DNA from: Octopus sinensis
Taxonomy: Eukaryota
Direction of reading: 5' to 3'
DNA length: 64,000 nucleotides
Assembly: GCF_006345805.1 (NCBI RefSeq)
Contig: NC_043006.1
Location: 52,390,001 to 52,454,000 of the forward strand
The notes under the pieces were generated by a model that saw only the letters and a program-made list of their open reading frames with translations, was not told where the DNA came from and searched no databases. Positions 1-13,656 of this stretch are shown here, piece by piece. Position numbers and translations under genes: made by a program. Position 1 is the stretch's first letter. The number at the start of each line of letters is the position of its first letter.

Positions 1-797
1 ATCAGCTGAAAAAGTAATGACGATACATGTCTTTTACGCATATATTTTCTTTCAATTTATTTAAATAATGAAATTCGATAAAATGAAAGTGAATCAACTT
101 CATTAATATATCAACTTTATTACCATTAATATATCAACTTCATATATCAACGTCATTAACAGCAATGTATTTACAACCTCACAAAAAGAGAATTTGTATA
201 TATAATTACAGAGATTTATATGCTTTTAATTGAGCTGTGGCCAATCGAGTCGATACCGAGTCAGTCTGCTGTTGAATGTGTGACAACATCATTTATTAAT
301 CACTAGTGCTGCACTGAGAATAATAACAAAAATATTTAACTCTCATTCATTTAATTCTTCGCAGAAAATAGGTATTATGTAGCAGTGTAGTTTTCTGTTG
401 TAAGGAGCAGGAGCCCTGTATAACAAGGAATGTTCTGTTTGCTTGCAATTACGTGCGTCTGTCGTGACCACAGCTCAGACAGACATTTTTTTAAAGAGTA
501 GTTAATACATCCTTGATTAATGCAATAGTCATGAATAATTAAGGTATTTATGGAGGTAAAAAATTGATTGGATGACTGATTTTCGATGACTCAGTTTTAG
601 ATTACCGGGAATCTAAAGTGTTAGTGAGCAAATTCGAGATAATCGAAGTGCTAGCTAACCCCATAGAAAATCCAAGGCCGAAATTTTTTTAGGTAGAAAA
701 TGGTCCCATTTTATTGAACCCAGGAAGCTAAAGGGAGAACTGATCCAGGCAGGATTTGAATTCATGATTTAAAGAGACAGGAATAATAAATACGTAC

Positions 798-942
798 CAT
801 CGGGATTGCAGAATGGACCAGTGAAACCAGGCTTGCAGACTTTTTGACCGTTAATATCACACTGAAACCTCGTTTGTTCGCTGGTGGGGTTATCACACCT
901 TGTTATGCAGTTCGGACCATAATAGCCGTGGCTACAATAACT
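798..942 (-). CDS. Copy A exon 5, DSL domain
   Basis: SYCSHGYYGPNCITRCDNPTSEQTRFQCDINGQKVCKPGFTGPFCNPD, 145 nt. Confidence 0.93.
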
Positions 943-1588
943 CTGAAGTAAAACAACAACAAAGACATTCTAAGACATTCGAAAAGAGAATGGTTATATA
1001 AGACTTCTGATATTTTGCTCACAAACAGACTGTTTTAAAAGTATAAAGGTTTGTGGCTTTAGTGTACGAGTTTTTATTAATTGGTGAGCTGGCAGAATCG
1101 TTTGCATGCTGGACGAAATGCTGAGTGGTATTTCGCCCATTGCTACGTGTTGGTATTCATGGCACGTCACTGATATAAGTATGGTTTGCTGCTAGTTACT
1201 AAAGCAGTAAGGTTTCGATTTTAGGCTTCGTTATGCGTTCATAGAATCATTTCCGCGTTTCTAAAGATTTTGAATATATATATATATTTTTTAAAGTGTA
1301 GTTTGGACACAAAAATAATGCCAGGTATTTTCAATACCATCTGCATATGAACTACTGTACGATAGAGTGCGCCCATAACCTAGAATACATATGTACACAG
1401 AGAAGAAATGCAAGAAATGTGAGTAATTGTCAAGGATTTTTAACCATGGATATTTGTGCTCTTCGCTCAGAGCAATAGGCTGCTGCAGCATCACATATCA
1501 GAATGATAAACGCTCAAATCAGTTAAGATGTGTGGCATAGAATAATACCCAGATATTCCTGGCCAACAATGATAGTTAAAGTACTTAC

Positions 1589-1756
1589 TCGAATTTGGTA
1601 GGTCAGTTGAGTAGTAGGATTCTGACTACCACGAGTTGTTATCAATTTATACCTGGCTTCTTCGACGCTTCTCTGAGGTAAATAATAACCACTTTGGTAA
1701 ACGTATTCGGCTATTAATTCGTTGTTGCTTTTTGCAGTAAACGAAACAACGAATTT
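1589..1756 (-). CDS. Copy A exon 4, MNNL/C2 part 3
   Basis: KFVVSFTAKSNNELIAEYVYQSGYYLPQRSVEEARYKLITTRGSQNPTTQLTYQIR, 168 nt. Confidence 0.9.
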
Positions 1757-1910
1757 CTGAAAACAGAGGTTTGAAGGTATGTATTATTGGAAATTTGTAC
1801 TATCAGATAGAACAATGACAATATAAACGTAAACACACGCATACTTACTCTCTCTCTTCTTCACTCTCTCTGTTTCTGTTGTTCTCTCTCTCTCTCTCTC
1901 ACACTCACAT

Positions 1911-1949
<39 letters not shown>

Positions 1950-3036
1950 ACACACTCACACACACGCATACACGCGTGGGTTTCCGTAGCGTAGCAGATT
2001 TATAGATTATTCAATACATTAATTAATTATAGGATATTCAATACATTAATTGATAAACAAATAAATTATTGAAAATCTAATATATAATCGTGAATACCTT
2101 CACATATGTTTTATTATGTTATTATAGCGTTGATTTATATATTTGTGGAGAAGAACGATCGTTGTTTCGCCTATATAACACATGTAAATAACAGCAGGAA
2201 ACTCAGTAATATTAGTTCTTATGTTGTCAGAAGGTCTCAGTTTTGGAAAGTGCGAACGCACTTATATTCATGCTTGTTTCGTAAGCATTAGTGATATAAG
2301 GGAAAGGAATTGATTTAGCCACGAGCAAGTAAATCGCCTCTGACTCTGACCTTGCTGTAAAACAATGAACCAATAGTCAGTCTATAATAATCGCTTCTAA
2401 TTTAGACACGAAGGCCAGCAGTTTTCATTTAAGTCGGTAACATCTGAAGTGCTTTTCGGTTGGCCAATGTAACACCTCATGGAGGAAGCAATATGATAAA
2501 TAGTGAGCTGAAAAGGTAAATGCTATTATTATCAGACTTTCCAATCTGTCGCGATCTGTCTGTCACAATCTAAGAAATACCACAATATTATCCTTCCCCA
2601 AGAAGTATTAAAGCATCTAATCTAACTGCTGCCCACATATCTTCTCTTTCAACAGCGCAAGGAAAATAGAAAAATTTGTAAACAGCAACCTTTCAGTTCT
2701 GATTTCTCCCTTTTCTATGTGATCACTACTGTAGTTTTCGTAGAACAAGATATACAGCCTGTTGCTGTCTTAACTCATCAATGGTCTTTTGTCTTTCCTA
2801 CCTTTGTCATAAGCTCAAGATATCAGCAAAGTTCTGTAGTATTGTTAGCGCGAGAACCTCATAACATCGTTCTACGGACATGCTATCTATCTATAATATC
2901 TTTTGGATCAGAGGTCGATAAATCTCAAGATCCAGTTATGTCTTCCAGTCAGTTAATGCAACACATAATCAGTGAATGGATTGTAGTTTCATAAGTATGT
3001 GTGTGTGTCAATTTTTTAATACACATGTATACATAT

Positions 3037-3081
<45 letters not shown>

Positions 3082-3705
3082 ACACACACACATATATATA
3101 TATGATAAACTTAATATAGTAAGTTTGCAGTTTATAATGCAACTTACTATGGAAAGTAAACACCTGTAGATAAAACAGTATAATCTATGAATACAAAATA
3201 AGTAATAATAATAAAAAAGAGATTTCACAGAAATATTTCAAGACTGGTCATTCCTCCTTCAGAGAATAAGAGCCTTCCTTACAATTCAGCACATATATTA
3301 CACTTGATAGCAATAAGTATTTAAATCAGTAACAAACGAAAAAAACTAGTTAAAATGGTTAGACTGATTACCATAATTTTCATTAACTGGCAACGTTATT
3401 CAATATGTAAAATTTTATTCTTAAGCATGTATTAGAAAATCTAAGATAAATTTAATGTAGTCATCCAATAATTCATAACGCCTCCCTTGGAAATTAAATA
3501 AATGTAAATACATCATGCCACTTTTTGGAACTCAGGAAAATATTATTCTGGTATATTTCGTAGCATGATTTAAATTGGGATTGCTATCCAGTTATCTTCA
3601 CAAGAAGACAGAGGGGAAAACATCCTCTTGTCATGTAGCAATGAAACTAACAATCTTAAGAAATTATATTTTAAGAAACATCTCTTTCCAAATCCAAACA
3701 CTTAC

Positions 3706-3788
3706 CTGAAACGGCTGTCTAATCAGGTACGTGATCGGATTACGTGCTGTACCGATAAATGTCTTATTCAAATCAATGACATTATCAC
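3706..3788 (-). CDS. Copy A exon 3, MNNL/C2 part 2
   Basis: (G)DNVIDLNKTFIGTARNPITYLIRQPFQ, 83 nt, CAG|GTAAGT donor. Confidence 0.9.
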
Positions 3789-5186
3789 CTAAAATTAATT
3801 TGGAAAAATGAAACAGAAATTATATTGGGATACGAGAGTGAAAATTTACAGACACAAGTACACAGATGATATAACCTTTCCATTCTCTCTAACCTCCAGT
3901 ATAAAGATGTTATATACACATAACGTAGATATATTATCAGGCCAGACTGTCTGCACTCTCTCCATGTATACTGTCTGCATTAACTCCAAACTACACTGTC
4001 TCCATGTACAGAGACTTACTCTTATCTCTAGTGATGTTTTGTGAATCAAGTCTCTTTCTAATACTAAGCCACTCTAATAAGAAAAATATTACCCTTGTCT
4101 TTACATTCGTACAAATTACGCTAGATTATAATCATTCCACCGTATGTGGAAATTTCTCTGGATATGTGTAATGTTTACTCATCTAGATAGAGTATTGATA
4201 TTTCGTGTTATGCTTAAAACCAGTGCATATTACCAGGATTTTCCGACTGGGGTCGAATTGAACAAACCATCTAAATTCATGTTAAAATTCCCGTATAAAT
4301 GGAATAAGGTCTGGCTAGCTTGTTCTGGCATGGAGTTGTATAATGTAAAATAAGGAAATTAAAGCAAGTAATGATACTTTTAATGCATATAATACCCACG
4401 TTTCAGGTCATGACTCAATAAATAAAATAAAAATTCGTCTCTTACGCAAGATCTTCCTCAGTAAGACATTTCTAAATACGAACACGTTGATGGTTTTCGC
4501 CCTGTTTTTATTGGCGACATAATATATACATACATATATATACATACATACATGGTGAGTGAGAGAGAGAGAGAGAGAAATAGAAAGAAAGAGAGAGAGA
4601 AAGGGAGAAAGAGGTAGAAAGAGAGAAAGATATAGGGAGAAACATATATACATGACTACCTTGGTGCGTAGGTGCGTTTATGTGAAGATATGACTTCTTT
4701 TGTCTCCAGTTTCTGATAAATAGGTTATGTTTGCTGACACCTACCGGGGGCATTATGAAACTTCACTTTTTCAATATAATGTTACTGCTATTCTTATTTC
4801 CTTCTTTCTATCATCAGCTCTAAGTATTCGTTTGCCTCATCATTGTTACTGCCATCACTGATGATATATTGAGCACTTTCTTTCATAATTAGCATTATCC
4901 TACATGATTTTAGTGACTCCTAAGGGAACCAATTCCACCCTCATTTGTATTTCACGATCTATATCGATATGGAATATTGCGTTGTAAATAAAAGTTTCAT
5001 GTAGAACCGATCGCTACGAAATATATATAGATATATTAGAAAAAAACACCTATCAATTCAATAAGGAAAAATTAAATTATACTATTTAGAAAAATTACAT
5101 ATCATAGAAAGATTAAATATAAGATAAAACATATAGCAATGATTAAGTAATATGCACAATAATAATAAAACGTATATATGGTACAA

Positions 5187-5290
5187 TAACGACATGTGTT
5201 TCGTGGCTATATCTAAGAAATGATAATAGTAATAGTAATAGTAGTAGTAGTAAAATCACTTCAATATAAAAATAGCCACTCTTCAGGTTA
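5187..5290 (-). ncRNA. Type I hammerhead ribozyme motif
   Basis: UAAC-CUGAAGA-GUGGCUAU...AUAGCCAC-GAAAC-ACAU-GUC^GUUA. It has a perfect 8-bp base to stem II, a 4-bp stem I and a GUC cleavage triplet. Confidence 0.8.
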
Positions 5291-5628
5291 AAGATAAAGC
5301 AATAAAATAATTAATTAGATAAATTAATAAATATACGTAAATAATCTTGTAAAATACGAAATATCTTAACAAATATATTCTTGTTTAAATAAAAAATAGA
5401 ATAAAAAACAAGATATAGATTAAATTATAGTATTTAGTTTTCACTTAATGTATATTTTGTATTTTATATATATATATGTTTGTTGTAAATATTTTAATTA
5501 ATTGTATCTTACTTTTTATTCTATTTGTTTTACTTAAGCAAGAATATATTTAAGATATTTCGTATTTTACAAGATTATTTATGTATATTTATTAATTTAT
5601 CTAATTAATTATTTCATTGTTTTATCTT

Positions 5629-5666
5629 TAATCTGAAGAGTGGCTATATTTATATTGAAGTGATTT

Positions 5667-5728
<62 letters not shown>

Positions 5729-5737
5729 TTATTATTA

Positions 5738-5779
<42 letters not shown>

Positions 5780-5815
5780 CATTTCTTAAATACAGCCTCG
5801 AAACACGTGTCATTG
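5629..5815 (+). ncRNA. Type I hammerhead ribozyme motif with a microsatellite-expanded loop II
   Basis: UAAU-CUGAAGA-GUGGCUAUAUUUA...(UAC)n(UAU)n...UAAAUACAGCCUC-GAAAC-ACGU-GUC^AUUG. Confidence 0.68.
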
Positions 5816-6036
5816 TTCTACCAAATGTATACGTTTTATTTATTATTTTCCTCATTACTTAATCATTGTTATATGTTTTATCTTATATTTAATTTTTCTA
5901 AATGGTATAAGTTAATTTCTCATTATTGAATTGATAAAAGGTGTTTTTTCCTAATATATATATTATATTTTGTGAAATTTGATTTAGCATTTCTAAATTG
6001 AATTTTTCCCTGTAAGTTTGGAATAAGATTCCCTCA

Positions 6037-6179
<143 letters not shown>

Positions 6180-6532
6180 CATGTATATATACGAGTATTC
6201 ACACTCTTATATGCATATTAACAAACATAATGATATGTAGAAAATAGAAACGTACATAAAGCGTTAATGCAAATATCGTTTGTCCTTTGAATGAGTATAT
6301 TACTGTATACTTATTTAACTTTTTCTACACTGTTCAGGGATGTGAATTATATTTACCCGTTCCTATTCTAATGATTTTAGTAATGAAAAAGATGTCTGGT
6401 ACTTAAAATGTACGCAAACTAACACACGTAGAATCATATCATAAAAATACAAAACAAGTCATCTTGAAATAGTTTTGAACTTCAATCTTGGAATCTCGCT
6501 AGTTTTATTTTTATGGATAAACATGTACTTAC

Positions 6533-6722
6533 CGATAACTCCTGTTTTAGTCTCGCCATAACGACACAATGTCGAAGTATCATCAGGTCTAGCACAAACA
6601 TGAAGAGTCGTTTGACATTGTTGACTTCCGAAATTGGAGCATGTGCGTCCATTAGCCAGTAAACGGTTGTAATTTTCAAACTTGATAAACTTCACATCAA
6701 TTACATAGTCGGCTACAATTGG
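6533..6722 (-). CDS. Copy A exon 2, MNNL/C2 part 1
   Basis: PIVADYVIDVKFIKFENYNRLLANGRTCSNFGSQQCQTTLHVCARPDDTSTLCRYGETKTGVI(G), 190 nt. Confidence 0.92.
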
Positions 6723-6732
6723 CTGTAAAATA

Positions 6733-7756
6733 TCAGGAAGAACATTTTATGAAATATGTTTCTATAGCATTTACGATTTATATTTCTGGTTTCTTGTCTT
6801 TATTTGCAATATGTCTATGGGCAGATAAATATGTTTTGATGACATTTCATATAAAACTGAGTATTTTTTTAATTGTCCACGGAGAAATTGCTAATAAGCT
6901 CGATATTATTCAGGCCTTAGATAAACTGATTTATACATGTAATGTATATGTGACAGCTTATTCGATTACTAAATTACCGATGCTTTTTAGTGTTTGTTTT
7001 TTGTTGTACTGCACTGAACACACAAAAAATACCTATAGAATTTTAGCCAACAATACACAAAAGAAAACCCCTCTCTATCCCTTTACTTGTTTCGATTGCA
7101 GCTATGCTGTGGCATCAGTTTAAGGTTAATCATAGTTTAGTGAATCAAATCGCCCCTAGTATCTTTTAAGTCTGGCACGTATTCTATCCCACCCACTTTG
7201 CTAAACCTTTAAGTTACGAAAAATAAACAACCACCACTAATTATAAATCATGAGAGTCGAAGAGAAACACAAAGTTATGCATTTACGGCAGCCTTATACC
7301 CAATTTCTGTCCACCAAATTTACTCATAAGGGTTTGGTCGATTCGGAATTATAGTAGAATATATTTTCCCAAAGTTAAACCGAAGCCGAAACTAAATGCC
7401 CGTGAAACGGTCTTGGTAACCTCAAAGCTATACCTGCGCCTTTTTATAAATATAAAATAAGCTAGTAGTCAGAGATAACGGAATCAATCAGGTCAGTTTC
7501 AGCCCATTGCTGAGGATATTTAAGCTCTTAGTAATTATAGGTATATTAGCGGTGGACAACGAAAGAGTACTCTATTGTTGACAAACTCTCACAAAAAGAT
7601 TGAAACTAGTCCGGCTGATTATTCTTTTACCTCTTCATAAAGTTATTGTATATAAAGACAGGATGCTTAAATCTATCTATAACATGCAGTGTTGGATGAA
7701 TGGTATTGATACATTCTACAGCACTGAAACACAAAAATCTGTTATTACACATATAA

Positions 7757-7823
<67 letters not shown>

Positions 7824-8034
7824 AAAACACAAAATGTGACCTCGTGTGTACCGTTGGCGATTTTTTTCCTCTGTCTTCCCTTCTCTGGATCTTTCCTTCT
7901 CCTATGTTTCCGACGAAGAGCTCCGCTCGAAACATTAAACCCTCCTTCTTTCCTGAGTGTCCAATAATACTATATTTGTTCCACGTCCTCGCGTTGTTGT
8001 GTTTTTTGTGCTTTCTTGTTTGGATTAACTTTAT

Positions 8035-8116
<82 letters not shown>

Positions 8117-9634
8117 TATATTTATACACATCAGTAAGAACACTTTATGAAATATGTTTCTATAGCATTTACGATTTATATTTCTGGTTTCTTGTCTTTA
8201 TTTGCAATATGTCTATGGGCAGATAAATATGTTTTGATGACATTTCATATAAAACTGAGTATTTTTTTAATTGTCCACGAAGAAATTGCTAATAAGCTCG
8301 ATATTATTCAGGCCTTAGATAAACTGATTTATACATGTAATGTATATGTGACAGCTTATTCGATTACTTAATTACCGATGCTTTTTAGTGTTTGTTCTTT
8401 GTTGTACTGCACTGAACACACAAAAAAATACCTATAGAATTTTAGCCAACAATACACAAAAGAAAACCCCTCTCTATCTCTTTACTTGTTTCGATTGCAG
8501 CTATGCTGTGGCATCAGTTTAAGGTTAATCATAGTTTAGTGAATCAAATCGCCCCTAGTAACTTTTAAGTCTGGCACGTATTCTATCCCACCCACTTTGC
8601 TAAACCTTTAAGTTACGAAAAATAAACAACCACCACTAATTATAAATCATGAGAGTCGAAGAGAAACACAAAGTTATGCATTTACGGCAGCCTTATACCC
8701 AATTTCTGTCCACCAAATTTACTCATAAGGGTTTGGTCGATTCGGAATTATAGTAGAATATATTTTCCCAAAGTTAAACCGAAGCCGAAACTAAATGCCC
8801 GTGAAGCGGTCTTGGTAAGCTCAAAGCTATACCTGCGCCTTTTTATAAATATAAAATAAGCTAGTAGTCAGAGATAACGGAATCAATCAGGTCAGTTTCA
8901 GCCCATTGCTGAGGATATTTAAGCTCTTAGTAATTATAGGTTTATTAGCGGTGGACAACGAAAGAGTACTCTATTGTTGACAAACTCTCACAAAAAGATT
9001 GAAACTAGTCCGGCTGATTACTCTTTTACCTCTTCATAAAGTTATTGTATATAAAGACAGGATGCTTAAATCTATCTATAACATGCAGTGTTGGATGAAT
9101 GGTATTGATACATTCTACAGCACTGAAACACAAAAATCTGTTATTACACATATAACTGATATATATATATATATATACATGTATAAAACACAAAATGTGA
9201 CCTCGTGTGTACCGTTGGCGATTTTTTTCCTCTGTCTTCCCTTCTCTGGATCTTTCCTTCTCCTATGTTTCCGACGAAGAGCTCCGCTCGAAACATTAAA
9301 CCCTCCTTCTTTCCTGAGCGTCCAATAATACTATATTTGTTCCACGTCCTCGCGTTGTTGTGTTTTTTTGTGCTTTCTTGTTTGGATTAACTTTATAAAA
9401 CACACACACACACACACACAACACACACACACACATATATATAAACACACACACACACACACACAAACACATATATATTTATACACATCAGTAAGAACAC
9501 TTTATGAAATATGTTTCTATAGCATTTACGATTTATATTTCTGACTTCTTGTCTTTATATGCAGTATGTCTATGGGCAGATAAAGATGTTTTGATGACAT
9601 TTCATCTGATACTGAGTATCTTCTTTAATTATCC
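6733..9634 (+). repeat. Local tandem duplication in copy A intron 1: about 1.4-kb unit x2 plus a partial third unit
   Basis: Units start at 6733, 8131 and 9488. The ORF track shows duplicated peptides offset by about 1.4 kb. Single-copy in paralogue B. Confidence 0.9.
7840..8030 (+). mobile_element. Short Penelope-type repeat with a degenerate minimal hammerhead (copies at 9197-9390 + and 53960-54150 -)
   Basis: CCGACGAAGAGCTCCGCTCGAAACATTAAAC here, versus CTGACGAAGAGCTCCGCTCGAAACGTTAAAC in the 54049-54083 copy. Confidence 0.6.
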
Positions 9635-9635
9635 A

Positions 9636-10040
9636 GGAGCTGGAGTGGCTGTGTGGTAAGTAGCTTGCTCATCACCCACATAGTTCCGGGTTCAGTCCCA
9701 CTGCGTGGCACCTTGGCCAAGTATCTTCTACAATAGCCTCGGGCCGACCAAACCCTTGAGAGTGGATTTGGTAGACGGAAACTGAAAGAAGCCCGTCGTA
9801 TATATGTATATATATGTGTGTGTGTTTATGTGTCTGTGTTTGTCCCCCCAATATAGCTTGACAACCGATGCTGGTGTGTTTACGTTCCTGTAACTTAGCG
9901 GTTCGGCAAAAGACACCGATAGAATAAGTACTAGGTTTAAAAAAATAAGTCCTGGGGTCGATTTGCTCGGCTAAAGGCGGTGCTTTAGTAAGGTGGTGCT
10001 CTAGCATGGCCGCAGTCAAATGACTGAAACAAGTAAAAGA
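9636..10040 (+). mobile_element. tRNA-derived SINE
   Basis: A-box-like TGGCTGTGTGGT and B-box-like GGTTCAGTCC, a central microsatellite and an ...GAAACAAGTAAAAGA tail shared with other copies in the window. Confidence 0.8.
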
Positions 10041-10195
10041 GTAGGAGTAAAAAGAGTATACACACATACATACATACATACATATATAGAGAGTATATAT
10101 ACATACATGCATACATACATATATACATACATATATACATACATATATACATACACACACACATATACATACATACACACACACATACGCGCGCA

Positions 10196-10233
<38 letters not shown>

Positions 10234-10787
10234 TAAAATGTAACAAACGAATAAAAAAATCCTTCAATTCACAGGTACGTCAGTTGAGTACCACAGAGAT
10301 AGGTGTATGAATACAAATTTACAAATTACAAACAATAAATTAAATTAATTTTTTGGGAGGCATATAGAAACATTTTTTGACAGATGTATATTTTCTTTAC
10401 TTAATTATTTTGTCCGTCATAATTTTGTGCTTTTATGGTACTCGTTATGTATCTGAATACATAACGAGTACCATAATGCTGACGCTCTTAAACAGGTTTT
10501 TTTGAATCAATATTTTACAATCTCGCAGTTTTTTTGCATGGAATTTCGTCCGTCTTTTTGAACCAAAACCCCGAAGAGACTTGTATACATGGATATGAAT
10601 AGTTTATAAATCAAATGATGCATATAAGTCGAAACAAATTGTTGGCTTTTTTGGCTTTGTTATGTTTTTGTTATGTTATGTTATGTTATGTTAGGTTATA
10701 TAACATATTATTCATGGTACATCATATTATATTATAATATAAATAAATTAGTAGATTATCACTTGTATTTCTCTATTTAATTTACTG

Positions 10788-10905
<118 letters not shown>

Positions 10906-10919
10906 GAATTATATATATA

Positions 10920-11149
10920 TACATATACATAAATATATATATATATATATATATATACATACATATATATATTCATATATATATATATTCATATACAAAT
11001 ATGTATATCTATATCTATATATATGTGTGTATGCATGTATATATATATATATATGTATGTGTATATATATACGTATGTATAGAGGTATATGTATGTATAT
11101 ATATACACATAGATGTAAATATATGCACACACATACGTACACACACGTA

Positions 11150-11187
<38 letters not shown>

Positions 11188-11272
11188 TACAGGTACTATT
11201 CTAGCATGGCTGCAGTCAAATGGCTGGAACAAGTAAAAGAATATAAGAATATGCATACATATATATACATAT

Positions 11273-11305
<33 letters not shown>

Positions 11306-11480
11306 TCATATATATATATATTCATATACAAATATGTATATCTATATCTATATATATGTGTGTATGCATGTATATATATATATATGTATGTGTATATATA
11401 TACGTATGTATAGAGGTATATGTATGTATATATATACACATAGATGTAAATATATGCACACACATACGTACACACACGTA

Positions 11481-11518
<38 letters not shown>

Positions 11519-11600
11519 TACAGGTACTATTCTAGCATGGCTGCAGTCAAATGGCTGGAACAAGTAAAAGAATATAAGAATATGCATACATATATATACA
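10920..11600 (+). repeat. Tandem duplication of an about 330-bp microsatellite/SINE-tail unit
   Basis: Identical peptides in the ORF track offset by 331-333 nt. Confidence 0.8.
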
Positions 11601-11616
11601 TATATATATATATAAT

Positions 11617-12036
11617 AGGTAATGAAACATGGGCTACAACAAAGAGAGAAGAGCAGAGACTGTTAACGGCTCAAATAGCCATGGAAAGATCAATGCTTGG
11701 TATCTCGTTGAGAGAGCACATCAGTAGCGAGATCATCAGAAAGAAGTCCGGCGTGAGGGATGTCATCGCAAAGTATACACGCACAAGTTTAGATGGGCTG
11801 GACACGTCGCCTGGCTCACCGATAATCAGTGGGCCCGCGCAGTTGTCGAGTGGTACTCGCGCGAGCTGAAACGACCACCCGGAAGGCCTCCACAGCGGTG
11901 GAGTTACGATTTCAGGAGGACGATTGGGATCACGTGGATGAGAAAGGCGCGATCCAGTGGGGAGTGGACAGCGTGCTGTGACCAGCGGTGTCAAATGGAT
12001 GCCCGACGGACTGGTCGGTCAAGGTGATCAAGGTGA
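11617..12036 (+). mobile_element. 5'-truncated RTE-type LINE 3' fragment
   Basis: ETWATTKREEQRLLTAQIAMERSMLGISLREHISSEIIRKKSGVRDVI, then in a shifted frame RWAGHVAR...RPPGRPPQRW, with a TCAAGGTGA tandem end. Confidence 0.8.
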
Positions 12037-12178
12037 TATATACATATATATACACATATATATAAATACATAATTACATACCTGTGTGTGTATATGTATG
12101 TATGCATGTATATATTATGTATGTACGTATGTGTATGTATGTATTTACATATGTATGAATACACACACACACACACAC

Positions 12179-12230
<52 letters not shown>

Positions 12231-12451
12231 TCAATATAGGGTGGCAAAAAAATTTTGTAGAATTCTTTTTGCCACCAGCGGCCTAGTGGGAAAAAATTAA
12301 ATAGTCATAGACCATTTTTAAGTTCAACATCAACAATCAAGGAACGGCCATAATAGGCCATTCACCCACTAGAAATAACAGCCAAAGCTTCAACCGCAAA
12401 TAAAGATTATTCCGTAAACAGGAGAAAATTAAAAAACATTTACCCTGTAAA

Positions 12452-12554
12452 TTCTTGTACGATGCACCGTTTCATCTGCTGTTTAATGGTAAACTAACCT
12501 GATTAAATTAAATCAAGCCAATCTTCCATAGGCCCTCAGATTCTTCAGCAAGAA
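12452..12554 (-). ncRNA. Type I hammerhead ribozyme motif (sense to the copy A pre-mRNA)
   Basis: UUCUUG-CUGAAGA-AUCUG...CAGAU-GAAAC-GGUGCAUC-GUA^CAAGAA: intact core, 6-bp stem I, 5-bp stem II base and a quasi-palindromic stem III. Confidence 0.82.
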
Positions 12555-12864
12555 ATAGCCAAGTCGGAACAGATATTTTCACGAGGCATTTCAGACCCTG
12601 TCAAGGTAATATCTGACCTAAAATTTTCAAATCGTCGCACTCGCGCCAAATTTATCGGCAGCAAATAAATATAAGCCGTCGATTCCATTACGGAATTAAC
12701 CAGAAAATTCATAATTAATCAATATAGGGTGGCAAAAAAAATTTTGTAGAATTCTTTTTGGCACCAGCGGCCACGCGAGTGCGACGATTTGAAAATTTTA
12801 GGTCAGATATTACCTTGGCAGGGTCTGAAATGCCTCGTGAAAATATCTATTCCGACTTGGCTAT

Positions 12865-12967
12865 TTCTTGCTGAAGAATCTGAGGGCCTATGGAAGATTG
12901 GCTTGATTTAATTTAATCAGGTTAGTTTACCATTAAACAGCAGATGAAACGGTGCATCGTACAAGAA
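12865..12967 (+). ncRNA. Type I hammerhead ribozyme motif (inverted twin of 12452-12554)
   Basis: CUGAAGA at 12871-12877, GAAAC at 12946-12950 and GUA at 12959-12961. Confidence 0.82.
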
Positions 12968-13089
12968 TTACAGGGTAAATGTTTTTTAAATTTTCTCCTG
13001 TTTACGGAATTAATCTTTATTTGCGGTTGAAGCTTTGGCTGTTATTTCTAGTGGGTGAATGGCCTATTATGGCCGTTCCTTGATTGTTG

Positions 13090-13120
<31 letters not shown>

Positions 13121-13236
13121 TGTATACACATGTATGCATGCTCATACAAACATACATACACGCATACATATGTATGTATAAAGACACTCATGTGTCTAAA
13201 AATGTATTATACAGAATCGGTGTGCGTGTGTGTGTT

Positions 13237-13289
<53 letters not shown>

Positions 13290-13349
13290 GTGTCTGTGTG
13301 CGTGCGCGCGAATGTTCGGTTTGGAGGGAATCTAAGACAGAATACTTAC

Positions 13350-13406
13350 AGAAACTATTGTAGCAAGAAAAGCGCAGAGCAGGAATCTACCGGTTGATTG
13401 AAGCAT
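13350..13406 (-). CDS. Copy A exon 1, signal peptide [19 protein letters not shown]
   Basis: ATG at 13404-13406, TCT|GTAAGT donor. Confidence 0.88.
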
Positions 13407-13630
13407 GCTGATTGCCTTATTAAGAATTGTCTTATGAGCTTTTAGATATATACAGTGTATGTATAATTATCACTAGTCCACTCGTCCCTGCAAATGCGAC
13501 GCTAGTCGACGTATTGAACAGCGACTTAAACTCACAGGGAGCTCCGGTGCAGAAATGAACTCACTGAATTCTATGAATAAGTCCGGTGAGCAAACAAGGC
13601 AATTCTGGTAGGCAACACGAGAAAGTCCAG

Positions 13631-13656
13631 TATTTATAGGATATGGTCAGTGGGAA
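13631..13656 (-). promoter_or_regulatory. Candidate TATA box (TATAAATA) with adjacent GTGGGAA motif, copy A promoter
   Basis: CCTATAAATA on the minus strand about 225 nt upstream of the ATG. Identical in copy B at 61058-61083. Confidence 0.45.

Larger units (their letters stand above)
12228..13091. mobile_element. Penelope-type foldback with about 317-bp near-perfect inverted arms
   Basis: 12329-12645 is the reverse complement of 12774-13091, and 12228-12285 is repeated directly at about 12714-12772. Confidence 0.8.

Noticed and set aside
4144-4353. Plus-strand ORF with LKFPYKW, reminiscent of Delta MNNL
   Set aside because: It is on the wrong strand, and the paralogous sequence (about 52480-52600) has an early stop and a 4-nt indel.
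6719-7123. 134-aa hydrophobic ORF (repeated at 8147)
   Set aside because: It has a non-ATG start and lies in AT-rich intron, and the reading frame is not preserved in copy B.
9636-9720. tRNA gene
   Set aside because: The A/B boxes belong to SINE heads. There is no complete cloverleaf and the sequence continues into SINE body.
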